Below are positions 40,830-55,405 of a stretch of 64,000 bases of DNA, piece by piece. A program made the translations under genes and the position numbers. Origin of the DNA: Octopus vulgaris. Lineage: Eukaryota. A model generated the notes under the pieces. That model was not told the DNA's origin and did not search any database. It was given only the letters and a program-made list of their open reading frames with translations. Positions within the stretch are counted from its first letter, which is position 1. Each line of letters opens with the position of its first letter. Location: the NCBI GenBank assembly GCA_951406725.2, contig OX597834.1, positions 10,850,001 to 10,914,000 of the forward strand, written 5' to 3'.

Positions 40830-41390
40830 CAAGCCCGTTCCTCAAATATATACCAGAAGAGGTGTCAGGGTGCTCCAGCTCCTTAAAAACTCAAGTATCA
40901 AACGGTCATGACGTCATCCAGTGTGGAGGTAAATTTCACACAATTTCTATTTGTGAAGTGTTGTATTTGCGAAGGACAGTATTCAAGAGTAATACACCAC
41001 TTCGCAAATATCTCCTTCGAGTAAAACCACCAATTAAAGAGAATATGAGCAAAGACTGCGTGTACTACATCCCATGCAGCTGTGGTAGGTTATACAAAGG
41101 CGAAACATGCTGCCCCCTCAAACTAAGTGTGACGTGAGGAGATATTGATAAATCGGGTATAGCTGATCATGTATGGAAAAATGGAGATCAGCTTCCCCTG
41201 TGGGACGAAGTTAAACTAATAGACAGAGAATACCACAGGAAAATGCGAAAACTAAAAGAAGCAGCACATATGCTAGGACACAACAACCTCCTAAGTAGAC
41301 TGAATGCAGATATGAACAGCATATGAGAACTGGTATCAAGGAAGGATAGAAAAAATATTAGATTTATAAGCCCTAAAATTCACTCCATAA
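40830..41390 (+). mobile_element. Penelope-like element, GIY-YIG endonuclease remnant
   Basis: RTVFKSNTPLRKYL..KDCVYYIPCSCGRLYKGET; after a break, KSGIADHVWKNGD..WDEVKLIDRE..RKLKEAAHM. Confidence 0.8.
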
Positions 41391-41398
41391 TTGCCCAC

Positions 41399-41665
41399 GG
41401 GCATATGGCGTAGTGGTTAAGATAGCGGGCTACAAACCCCAAGATTCTTGAACAACGACAACAACAGTAATAATAATATTAATAATAATAATAACAATAA
41501 CAACATAGGAATGATAACCCAGGTTCGAAACTCCCCCAAGACACCTGAAAAAGGCTGGAGGGTATATCAGCCGTAACGTTGTGTTAACAACAAACAAGAT
41601 GAGGACAAATATCCGTCGAATGAAAGTATGGTACATAATTCCTCATCTCATAAATAGAGAACTGT
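41399..41665 (+). mobile_element. Penelope pseudo-LTR-like module: tRNA-like A-box head, (AAT)n, degenerate hammerhead
   Basis: TGGCGTAGTGGTTAAG near 41406; ACAC-CTGAAAA-AGGCTG..CAGCC-GTAA-CGTT-GTGT at 41541-41584; homologues at 43262 and 49305. Confidence 0.7.
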
Positions 41666-41728
41666 ATTCGTTATATTTATTACACATTATTTATTATAGA
41701 TGAAATGTATCAAGTGATGTTGGCGGGG

Positions 41729-42071
41729 ACAATGCAGGAACAGTAAACGGTGATATATTTTTCACCTTATAATGTACTGGATACAGTAAATTGCTGTCTC
41801 AATTTAGTCACTCTGCTTTGTATTTTACTTTAATAGCATTATGCAGACTTCTGTTTGGGTGTATGAAAGAGATACCAGTTAAATACTTGGGTAACAAATA
41901 TATCGACATATTCATTCCACCGAAACAATACCTGGCTCTGTGCCAAACTCAGAATTCATTATTAATACACAATGATTGTAGCATTCAAATTTGATTGAAA
42001 TTTGGTCTTTTTTCATTCTTAGAGTGGACAAAAGGTGAAAAATATATCACCGTTTACTGTTCCTGCATTGT
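41729..42071. mobile_element. MITE-like segment with perfect 40-bp terminal inverted repeats
   Basis: acaatgcaggaacagtaaacggtgatatatttttcacctt (41729-41768) is the exact reverse complement of 42032-42071; no clear TSD. Confidence 0.6.
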
Positions 42072-42593
42072 TGACATCTATGATTCACTGAATGATTTAT
42101 AAAATTATAGTTTTCATACTTAATGAAAATCAAAATCTCATTTAAGCTTAGAAATAGATTTTCTATAAGGACTATAAATAATAACAATGACACTTATACT
42201 ATTGTCAGTTGTTAATTCAGACAATGGAAAGCTCTTAATTCATTATTGGTTCCTTTTATAAGTTTTAAAACTATTTTCTCTTTCTGCTTGTATTCTATTT
42301 TTTAATCGGCAAACTTTATAACTATCTTCTGAGTGGATACGAAAGATTTATGCGATTTAAATATTTTGCTTTGTACATATTATTATTAAATGAAATGCAG
42401 CAATGAGAAAGTTATTATAAACTAGCATTATTATTATTTTTCGCTATTCGAGATAGCATATCAGAATGTTCAAATGTCTTTGGTTCTTGTATTTTATTTT
42501 ACGTATTAGTCGAATTTTCTTCGGGATTCAAAGTGGTCATTCGGATAAAGGGCATACATATTGCCCTTATCGAACAGTGATGAAAGACAAATG

Positions 42594-43095
42594 ACATAAT
42601 ACTATCCTGGAAGAGTAGAGACATCAGACTCGCTACCAAATGCAGATTGGTGAATGCAATTGTCTTCCCAATAGCAACATATGGATGCGAGACCTGGACA
42701 CTAAAGAAAGCTGACCAGAAGAGAATTAATGCATTCGAGCTTTGGTGTTGGAGAAGACTTTTACGGATTCTATGGACAGCGAGGCTCACCAATGGAGAAG
42801 TTCTTAAGCAGATCAGGCTGAAAATGTCGCTAGAAGCTAGGATCACCATGCGTAGATTGGCATATTTCGGTCATATTATGCGGAGAGAATCCCTGGAGAA
42901 GGACATCATGCTCGGAATGGTCAGTGGCAAGAGAGGAAGAGGTCGACCAAGAACCCGCTGGCTTGGCACCATCAGGAGTGATACCGGAATGGACATGGCC
43001 AGTCTGAAGGAAGCGGCCCAGGATAGAACTGACTGGAGGACACTGATCCAACGAGTGACCGAGAGCAGACTTCGACTGAGCGGATAGAGAGAGAT
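42594..43095 (+). mobile_element. 5'-truncated RTE-clade (BovB-like) LINE 3' end with open frame
   Basis: YGCETWTLKKAD..AFELWCWRRLLRI.W..YFGHIMRR..LEKDIMLG..GKRGRGRPRTRW..DRTDWR; short (GA)n tail; possible TSD tgaaagacaaatg at 42581 and 43103. Confidence 0.9.
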
Positions 43096-43261
43096 GTTCC
43101 AGTGAAAGACAAATGTGTTCATATCTAAGGAAGATTAAATATCTAAATTACGAATATATACGAAATAATTTTCATGCAATATTATCAATTTCGATAGTTT
43201 TGTTACAACCTTAGGCAAGTGAAAATCGTAGGCAAGTGATAATCACAACCTACTATCGTTT

Positions 43262-43416
43262 GTTTCAGCTGATGTACTCTCCAGCCTTCATCAGGGGAAT
43301 TTCGATCCTGGGTTCTCATTCCTAAGGTAGTTTTCGATGTTGTTATTCATGTTACTGCCTGCAGAGCACATCAGCTGAAACGTTGTGTTAATAACAAACA
43401 AGATGAGGACGAATAT
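43262..43416. mobile_element. Internally inverted copy of the Penelope pLTR/hammerhead module
   Basis: Minus strand CTGATGA-AGGCTG..CAGCT-GAAAC (43262-43294) followed by plus-strand catcagctgaaacgttgtgttaataacaaacaagatgaggac. Confidence 0.75.
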
Positions 43417-44214
43417 TAAGCCTTCAAATTATAAGAAGAAATTATCTTAATATCTGTCACGATCTTAGAAGAGTTTCACGTATATATCATGAAAGTATAA
43501 ACTTTATTGTTACGTAATGTATAGTTAAGTAATGTATAAAATAAATTCTCTATTAATATAGTTGTCATTCATGGTGATGTTTAACCCCATTTCATTCGTA
43601 ATGGAAGAGACTTAAGAACAAACACTTTATCTTCGACAATGCAGGCGATTTGGACGTAATTAATTTTCAGATTCCAATATCATACGAGTGCTTTCTATTA
43701 AAATGAGGTCAGACAGTGATATGATGGTTACTTTTGATAAGCCGAGAAATGAAATGAGGGTTCTCCCGTTTAGGCAACTTCTACGTCTTTCTCTTTATAA
43801 ATATTACTTAATGGTAATCTTCAAAATCTTTATTACTCTGTGATACGTATGCAGCGAACAGACAAACCAGCAAAGGTCTGTACAAAATGCTATCAAAATT
43901 CTAATGGATCTTGGATAAAATTTGCTTTTCGCATTACAATCCGGATAAAATTTACATGAGACTTGAAGCACAATTCTAGTAAATCTTTAATAGAAGGTTC
44001 TACACTTCTGTGCATTATATGCCACACTAACAGGAAGTATGCACAATTTCTGCTGTCTTCAACTAAACAATCTTTGTTTGCATCCATGCGTATTCTCTCA
44101 AGAAATAAGAAATCTAAGCTATAAGAGGCTGTTATTTATGAAATGTATGTGGATGAAAATATTTTGGGGATTCACGGAAACTGAGTGAATATCATCCCAG
44201 AAAATATTTTTTTC

Positions 44215-44695
44215 CTGCCTTTAACCGTCCAACGCGGAGTATAGGCCACTTATAGTTCAATTCCATGTCACATAATTTCTGTACTTATACTCTACCATGA
44301 ATGTCCCCCTTTCTCTAGTCCCTTTTGTGTTGATCTCCGCCACGAGATCTTAGGCCTACCTCTCTTTCTATAACCATATCACTTTTTGCTACATTTGGTG
44401 TGTCTTTTCTAATTGTGCTACCAATCCACTTCCACTTTTTCTTAAATATTTTCTCCCTAATCGAAACTTCATTTGCTCTTTGCCATAGCTCCATATTTCT
44501 TATGTGTTCGGGCCATCTAATTTTAAGTATACTACGCAAGCATCTATTGATGAATGATTGTATTTGCTTATTTGACTTAACTGTTGTTCGCCATGTCTCA
44601 GCCCCAAACAATAACACCGCTTGTACGTTAGTGTTTAAAATTCTTATTTTGTTCTTTATTGAAATTACACTTGCGCTCCATACTTTTTTTTAACA
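44215..44695 (-). mobile_element. Second RTE-clade LINE 3' fragment
   Basis: LLFGAETWRTT..IQSFINRCLRSILKIRWPEHIRNMELWQR..KWKWIG. Confidence 0.85.
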
Positions 44696-45124
44696 GGTGA
44701 AAATATATTTAGCCACAAATTGGTTTCAAATTTTGGCACAAGGACATTAATTTTGGGGAGTGGAGTAAGTCAATTACAAGAAGCCATGTACTCAAATGGT
44801 ACTTATTTTATCGAGCCGGAAAGCATCAAAGCAAAGTCGACGTAGGGTCAACCTCAACGGGTGAAAGCAACAGTTTGATGATAAAGAAACAACAACCCTA
44901 CGTTGCGACGATCAGAGCGTATATCAAAACATGTCGACTGCTATCAAGATCAGACATGTAATATCGACTAGGAGAGAAACGGATGGTAAGATTTGAACTT
45001 ACGACTACGTATTTTGTGTCATTCAGTTTATCGTGCGTCTATGTGTGTGAGTGATGGTTAATTCTGATTGGCTCTTGACCTATCTTTAAAACCTGCTGTA
45101 AATTGTTTTGAACAATATTTTATC

Positions 45125-45420
45125 TTTTATATAAATATTTATTTATATTTATATTTTATCCAGTTTAAGCTCCCGAGCTGTGGCCATGCTGGGGCACCGC
45201 CATTCAGTGTTGCTACATGATTTTACTTCACGAATGCGTTTCAGCAATTGCCATTTGGTGCATGAGAGAGATCGATGCAGCTGCCCTCATCTGCACCTCC
45301 TGCCGTGAAGATGGTTCAACTGGGATACCTGACAGGAAGAGATCCAGTTTTATTTTAAAGACATCTGCATCCATCCCATGCGGGTCTCTCAGATCAAAAA
45401 TATTGTCTTCATTCGCCATT
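45125..45420 (-). mobile_element. CR1/L2-type LINE 3' end with structured tail
   Basis: DLRDPHGMDADVFKIKLDLFLSGIPVEP..RAAASISL (cf. FKxxLDxFLxxIPDEP..AASNSL), then GGCGGTGCCCCAGCATGGCCACAG and an AT-rich tail. Confidence 0.8.
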
Positions 45421-46019
45421 TTGATACGAATTTTTCAAGACTTCTATCTAAGAATATTCTGGATTCTCTGAAACGTACACGCTGCCCCTGTTTCCCCCGT
45501 AGAGATTGGTTTCAAGTTTGGCATAATACTAGTAATTTCAGAGGAGTGGCTATGTCAATCATGTCGACTCCAATGTTCATCTGGTACATATTTCATCGAC
45601 CGCTCACAGATGGAAAGCAAATTCGAATTCGGCGGAATTTAAACGCCGCTAAACATTTTGCCCAGCATGCTATCGCTTCTTCCAGCGCGCCGACATATTT
45701 CTTCCCAAAGACTCTAACATGTAAGAGGACAAGTGACATGTCACTTTAGCCAATCTCTGATGAATCTGTTAAGTAAATATGGAACTATCATTTCTTCTAC
45801 GGCTAGCAACTAGGAATAAGCAACAAAGCCATATTCCTTATTTACCTACAAAAGTACGAAGGTCACGATCAAGGAATACGTGAATCAATCCTTATCATAG
45901 GAACTGAAGTTATGGAGCAATTGTCTCCTCGGTGTCCAGTATTCAAAACATTATAACACAAACATACGAACACAAAATTCAAAAAGATAACTACTAAACA
46001 AAAATAGAAACGTACTCAT

Positions 46020-48120
<2,101 letters not shown>

Positions 48121-48584
48121 TTCTGACCCACCTTAACTTAATTAATTACTTGCTAACATCTATAAATTAATTCCGTAACCAGTAAATTTCTACGAACTGA
48201 CATTAATAGCAAATTAAAACCCTGATCGCAATCCTATTAGATATATTGCACTTATATTCCTTTAAACATTAAATTAATCAAAACATAATAGAAACAATTA
48301 AAACTTCAGCTAGAAGACAATCGAAGCACGCTAGAAATAGAATAACAATGTGATATAAGAACGGAGCTTGGAACTATTCAAATCTACAGGAAACCGAGAA
48401 AAACTATGTGGGCGTAAACGTTACGATAGAAGCAGAATATTATCCAATGACATCACCTCATCTGCCAGTGTATTTAGGATCATCGTAGTTTCTTCCGTGT
48501 AGTATAACACGTATATATACATATACAAACACATGCACAGACGCAGAGACACAGACACACACACTGAAAGCCCATCGTGTAAAT

Positions 48585-48660
<76 letters not shown>

Positions 48661-48825
48661 GGATGAAGGAATTATCCTTTGTTTACCGTTAACAGTTACC
48701 AGGGTAGTAAAATTCACGCAAATAACACGGATGAAGCGATCTATTCAAAGGTAGAATCTCCGGGTTAATGTGTCGTAATTTGTGTAAGTATAAGTAGATA
48801 AATGGAGTTGAGATAGGCTCTCTTT

Positions 48826-48907
48826 CTTTCCTGACGAGAAGATTGCATTTTACACCGTTTATTCCTTTGGAATAAAACCATGTTGTCTTCGAAACATATG
48901 TCGAAAG
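48826..48907 (+). ncRNA. Putative type I hammerhead ribozyme with extended stem II
   Basis: CTTTC-CTGACGA-GAAGA..TCTTC-GAAA-CATATG-TC-GAAAG: intact core, 5-bp stem I, palindromic stem III, GUC cleavage triplet. Confidence 0.8.
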
Positions 48908-48953
48908 TAAAAGAATTTTAAATTACATCTTCGTTCAACTCCATTTATTTACT

Positions 48954-49005
<52 letters not shown>

Positions 49006-49019
49006 TATTCTCTTTCTTT

Positions 49020-49255
49020 TCTTGTTATTTTTTATGTTTCTGTTATTTGACTGCGGCCATGCTGGAGCACTGCCTTTAGTCGAGCAAATCGACCCCAGGA
49101 CATATTCTTTGTAAGCCTAGTACTTATTCTATCAGTCTCTCTTGCCGAATTGCTATGTGACGGGGACGTAAACCCAGCATCATCTGTTGTCACGCGATGT
49201 TGGGGAACAAACACAGACACATAAGCATACACACATACACACACACACACATACA
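49020..49255 (-). mobile_element. SINE family B, 3' half
   Basis: tttgactgcggccatgctggagcactgcctttagtcgagcaaatcgacccc. Confidence 0.85.
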
Positions 49256-49304
49256 TTTCTAGATTTAAGATATAACGAATTACGTACCTTATATACATTT
49301 GACT

Positions 49305-49425
49305 GCTACTTGTCCTCACCTTGTTGTTAACATCACGTTTCGGCCGATATACACTCCAGCATTCATTAGGTCTCTTAGGGAAATTTCGAACCCGGATTCT
49401 CATTCCTAAGATATTTTTCGATATA
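49305..49425 (-). mobile_element. Third copy of the pLTR/hammerhead module (degenerate)
   Basis: Minus strand gaatgagaatccgggttcgaaatttccctaagagacCTAATGAatgctggagtgtatatcggccGAAACGtgatgttaacaac. Confidence 0.75.
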
Positions 49426-50298
49426 ATAATAATTATTTAATTGATTAATGAAAGCATTACATCATTATAAACAAAGCGTTTTCGTCAGATGAATTCATGA
49501 ACTGCAAAATGGCCATTGAAAACAATTTAACAGTTTAAAATCCACGGACCAAACCATTTACGGCGATTCTGCTATTATTTCCGTTGACAGAATGGATTGA
49601 TACCTCTACCTCTACTTTTACTCATATTTTATTCATCTCTCTCAGAATCTGCCTTTCCTAAACATTATGGACTGTATATTTAATATAATGTACATGTCTC
49701 AGTAGTTTACGAGCGGATTTCTTTACTCGACAGGGTCTAATAATGTTCATAGACTGCTTGAATATCATTCGACCAGCACTTATGTAACAAGTTTGTTATT
49801 TACATAATAGTCTTGTGCGTGCATACTATTCCGACCTAACAAGGTGCCTCAATTTTAGTGCATATTTCAACTAAAATTTACTTAAATTTTATAAATAAAA
49901 ATTACATGAGTTTATATGCTTGTTTACATACATATTTTGCTTATTGCGTCTACTATATCATTATGCTTTATTGTAATCGTATCGAATACATTAGATAATA
50001 AGCAGAGATGTGTATGGTAAATTTTTAGTTTCTATATTTCATAATATATTATTTGGAGAAAATTTTGATAATGTTTATTCTTTAATGATTCATCTTAAAT
50101 CTTCTAAGGAAGGATTAATGAATTTTGGAAGTTTATCGTAATATTGTACTATCATTCTGAAGATTAATCGTAGAGAGTTCAAAAGATCGTTCGTAAGTCT
50201 CTAACCTCGAGCCTCTTCTGTTATTACTTATAGAAAAACCTTCGTCCTTATATAATTCTGTGTCTCTGTATGTACGTGTGCGTGTTTAAACACAGGCG

Positions 50299-50367
<69 letters not shown>

Positions 50368-50535
50368 CGATATGTTTCTATGTATGTATGTATCTCTCTC
50401 TCTCTCTCTCTGTATATATATTTATATTGTATTTTACTTGTTCCATTTATTTGAAGGCGGTCGCTCTAAGGCAGTACATTGAAGGGTATTAGTCGAAAAG
50501 ACACAAACACTGATTGACAAATATAGCTAAAAAGG

Positions 50536-50598
<63 letters not shown>

Positions 50599-52349
50599 AC
50601 AGATCAATAGGTTCTACTTATAGGAATGAAAACATCCCATTTTTCACTGACTTAACTCACTGTCTAATATCAAATTTAGTTGAGAAAAACTTTATAGTTC
50701 ACAGGGGTATATATCAAATTTATAAAAATGAAAAGAAAATGAAGATGTACAATTGTTAATTCAAAAATTAAAATTTATTAACATAATATTAAATGCAAAT
50801 TGCAGACAATTGTTTCGATGGCATCGATGCCATCCACTAATGTAGGCGACAAACCTCTCACACAACAACATGAAGTTTGTTGAAACGTAGTTACTCTGAT
50901 GATTTTATCATCCATAATTCTTATTTTGTATACCACTAATCCCCACAATTTTCACGCAAAAGCCCTTGTCTGTTTCGCAGTCAGATACAAGGTGTTCCTC
51001 AGAAATGTATTATATATATTGAAAGATAACGTAGTCAGTATTTATTTTATGATATTTCATTTTCACAATTAATTAAAAACTACACAAAACATTATATAAA
51101 CGTTAATATGCAAACAGATGGCTTCTCTGATCCAGTTTTAGCTGATAATGAGAAGCAAGCTTCAAGGAAGTGTTTGTTTAGTATTAGTTCCAACAAGTCC
51201 TATAAAATTTACTTCAACAGGAACGAATGTAGTCTATCGTCCATTGTTTTCACAGGGTTCCAAAAATTCACCCTGCTATCTGTCTTTCCTGAGAAAAACT
51301 TCGATATTTCCATCCCTAAGTACACTCAACTCCACCATCTTTACTAACTTTCATTGTTCTGTATTATATGACAATGAAGAATTCATTTACAATAAAGAAT
51401 AATAGATATAATTTAAATAAAAGGTAAGGATTCAAAATATTTACTCGATTTTTCATTATGGGTGTGTAATTTCCAAATCCAAACGACTAGTTGTTAAATT
51501 TTTAATTTCAAATCTCCAAATCGGATGATTTTATATTGAAATATGTCGCTTTTAATGAAACTAGTCATACAAACACAAATTAAACGAATTAAATGAAACG
51601 TATTTCGACTAAATACACTACGTTTGTGTCCTAAATTGATTTCAACCAAAACTTTTGATTATACTATATAATTTAAACAATTGTCACCTCAACAAAGGTG
51701 TGCTGTTTACTACAAATACACATAACTAATTTGTATTCGTTTGCGTCTTCAATTTATTGCTTTGTAAATTTATATAGATGTGCGTGTAGGTGTGTAAATA
51801 TATCTCACATAACATTTCATTAATATTTTAAATCAATTATATATTTCATTTATTATACTTACAGAGTTTCAATTCTTTATTTTATGTATATAACAAACAT
51901 TTATCTATTAAATTACCTATTTAATTACTTTATATATATTTGCTCTCTATAATATACGAGTGTGCGATGTGCGAAGGTACCTGTGTTTGATAAAAACATA
52001 TATAAATATGTTTTCATATATGTGATATACATATATTCACATACACCACACACACTTATAAATTAATGAATACATACACACACACCGACAACACACAAAC
52101 ATGCAAACACATATGTATACACAGGAAAATTACACATATCTTCCCCGCAGATTGTATTTGCTTCAGTGTGTGAAAAGTGTCGAGCGTAGCAAACTTTTTC
52201 AAAGGAGGACCTTATAAAACATTAAACTGAAACAGAATTAATTGTTTTGCGTAATAACAGACGAAATAGCCTCATTAAACTGGTGGTTGCACTAGCTTAT
52301 ATTGACAATGATAATGGAGTACGAATCAGTCAAAGTTATTTAATGAAAC

Positions 52350-52441
<92 letters not shown>

Positions 52442-52474
52442 TATGTGTGTGTGTGTGTTTATATATATATATAT

Positions 52475-52529
<55 letters not shown>

Positions 52530-52612
52530 TAGATATAGATAGATAGATAGATAAATATAGACAGATAGATGCAGGTTGCTAGTTAGACAGATAGAGAGAC
52601 AGACTTACACAT

Positions 52613-52681
<69 letters not shown>

Positions 52682-52682
52682 T
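52350..52682. repeat. (TG)n and (GATA)n microsatellites
   Basis: Direct reading of the sequence. Confidence 0.93.
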
Positions 52683-54692
52683 CACCTCTTGAATGATTAC
52701 ATAGTATTTATTATATTACATTTCATTTTCACAATTTATTAGAGTCTACAGACAGTATTTAGTTTCGCTAATAAGCAAACAGAGAGCTGGTCCGGTCCAG
52801 TTACAACTGATAACGCGAAGAAATGGAATCGAAAATCTTCAAGATGTAGTTGGTTTACTATCTGTGTGCTTACTTGTCCACTGGCAGCCTTGTATTTGCC
52901 AACTGTTGCCATTTTTGTGCTGTAATCTTTCTCTTTTTAGTATCACTATTAAAAATCTAACGGTGTGTGATGCACTCAATCTACATGATTAGTAAAATCT
53001 CATGGCAATCTCGTATATCAGTATACCAGAGCACATTTTGCTTTACATGAAATGCCACATCATCCAATTAGACTTGAAGGCTTGGTATGACAGGTTGTCC
53101 TAGCAGGCTGAAGTAAATCAGAACAAAATACAATGTCAAAGTGACTCATGGATATCTTAACGATTATTCACATCATACTTTAGCTCATTGTAAATTAACA
53201 TGCTATTCTTCGGAAATATGCTGGTTCTCAGGTACCCAGTATGGGCAAATATGGCAGTTTATCGTACCATTTATTTGAAATGAAACCACTTTATTCCAAA
53301 TAATCTTTATTGCAAAACTGCATTTTCAACTCATTATGCCAAGTACGATTCTGAAACACCCCACTGTATGGCGCGTATCATGTTCATGGAGAAATTGGAG
53401 AATTCTTGAAATGAAACTGTTCTCAAGAAAACTATTCAAAATGCGAAAGACCTTTGATTTTTTCTATTCCGATCTCATAACTCGATGGCTGCGTTGACAT
53501 CATTTTTGTTCTACCTTTGGCAATAGAATTCTTGCTACATTTGTTGGTTTGTTGTGCTCGTCGATATTCGCTTTCCTCCGAAAGGTGTCCTTAATTCTAA
53601 AGAGTTCCTTCTGATTGAAATTTGTTTCTAATTAAAGAGATAATAAGTGGCAAAGATGGATTCCCTGAGGAACATATTTTGCACTTAACATTATGAGATT
53701 TTTTGTTGAGACAAACGGTTAAAAATATACAATATTTTGACATAGGATAAATGTTACTGTAAACATACATGTATAAATATTTGTATCTAATATTATGTGT
53801 CTATTTATCTATATGTCTTAGTCCACGGTGTCATTTAATTATATATTAATATACAAATATTTATCCATATCCGTCAAGCGAACATTGTCAATAGTCATGT
53901 TAACTTAGGTCTACCTAGCCAGTTATATTTCTTTTAATTTTTTAGGTCTATCATTCACAGAAATGACTTATCAAGTACATTATGAAATCTACATAACATC
54001 GACCAGGATTTGACATTATAATTCTAGCATAGGAATAAAATGACAATATCTTCTTTAATAGAAATTAACGGTTTGTCGAAACACTTTTAGACAACCGGGT
54101 AAATGGGTAAATTTGTCAATCGATTTTTTCAGTAGGTTTCCTTTAATGTTTTATCTCTTTCCACTTTTTCGCTAAAGAAAAAAAAAAACATACCAAACTT
54201 TTTCAATCATAAAGATTTTCGCATGCTAACAATATATCCTCAGTTTCCACGCATCAAAAGATACATTTTAGATGATGCAGTCAGGAATTTCTTTATCTCA
54301 TTATTGATTATAATCTTTAATCTCTTTTTTAAAGTATCTTTTACATTTAACCAAAACAACAGATCTTAGCATGGTATAAGCCAACAGATATTTGTAACTT
54401 GCTTTAATTAGAGTACATTATTGATTAATAAAATTAAAATATTTTTCTAGAATGATCTTAAATTAAATGATTATTTTTCTCGCCTTATTATTACTGTACT
54501 TAATTGCATGATGCTAATTAAAAGTTTTTGGTTAAACGTATATCTTCAAAACAAAAAGGAAAATGATAAAGAAAAGAGGAATAGAATATCTCTTTCAGTC
54601 ATCTGTAGATTCGATATTAATTTGTTAAACAAATGAAATAATTAACGTTTACTTATCCGAATATTCTAGGTTGTACACCAAGTGACGCCATA

Positions 54693-54732
<40 letters not shown>

Positions 54733-54791
54733 TATATACACCTAATTCGTTATATACATCTATATAATTATATGCATATGTATATGCATGT

Positions 54792-54836
<45 letters not shown>

Positions 54837-54879
54837 GGGTATGTTTATCTTCTATATAGATATATATATATGTTTATCT

Positions 54880-54911
<32 letters not shown>

Positions 54912-55064
54912 CACGCATGTACATGTCTATATAAGCATAATAAATACATAATAAATCTTTGTATATTCTTATAGGTGGATATCTATGTGTTTCGATGTAT
55001 GTGTGTATATACACCTAATTCGTTATATACATCTATATAATTATATGCATATGTATATGCATGT

Positions 55065-55123
<59 letters not shown>

Positions 55124-55349
55124 GGGTATGTTTATCTTCTATATAAATATATATATATGTTTATCTTATATATATATATATATACACGCATGTACATATG
55201 TCTATATAAGCATAATATGTACACGTATATTATCTTTGTATAATCTTACAGGTGGATATCTATGTGTTTTGATGTGTGTGTATATACACCTAATTCATTA
55301 TATATATATCTATATAATTATATGCATATGTATATGCATGTTGTATATA

Positions 55350-55386
<37 letters not shown>

Positions 55387-55405
55387 GGGTATGTTTATCT
55401 TCTAT
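54733..55405. repeat. ~275-bp tandem repeat, about 2.5 copies, each with a variable (TA)n
   Basis: tatacacctaattc..tatgcatatgtatatgcatgttgta(TA)n tgggggtatgtttatcttctat recurs at ~54733, ~55008 and ~55282. Confidence 0.88.

Noticed and set aside
40143-40830. GC-richer block upstream of the GIY-YIG remnant as Penelope RT
   Set aside because: No RT motif identifiable in any frame by eye; left unassigned
50800-50840. GAAA-CAATTG-TC with palindromic GATGGCATCGATGCCATC on the minus strand
   Set aside because: The CTGANGA half of the core is missing; at most a relic
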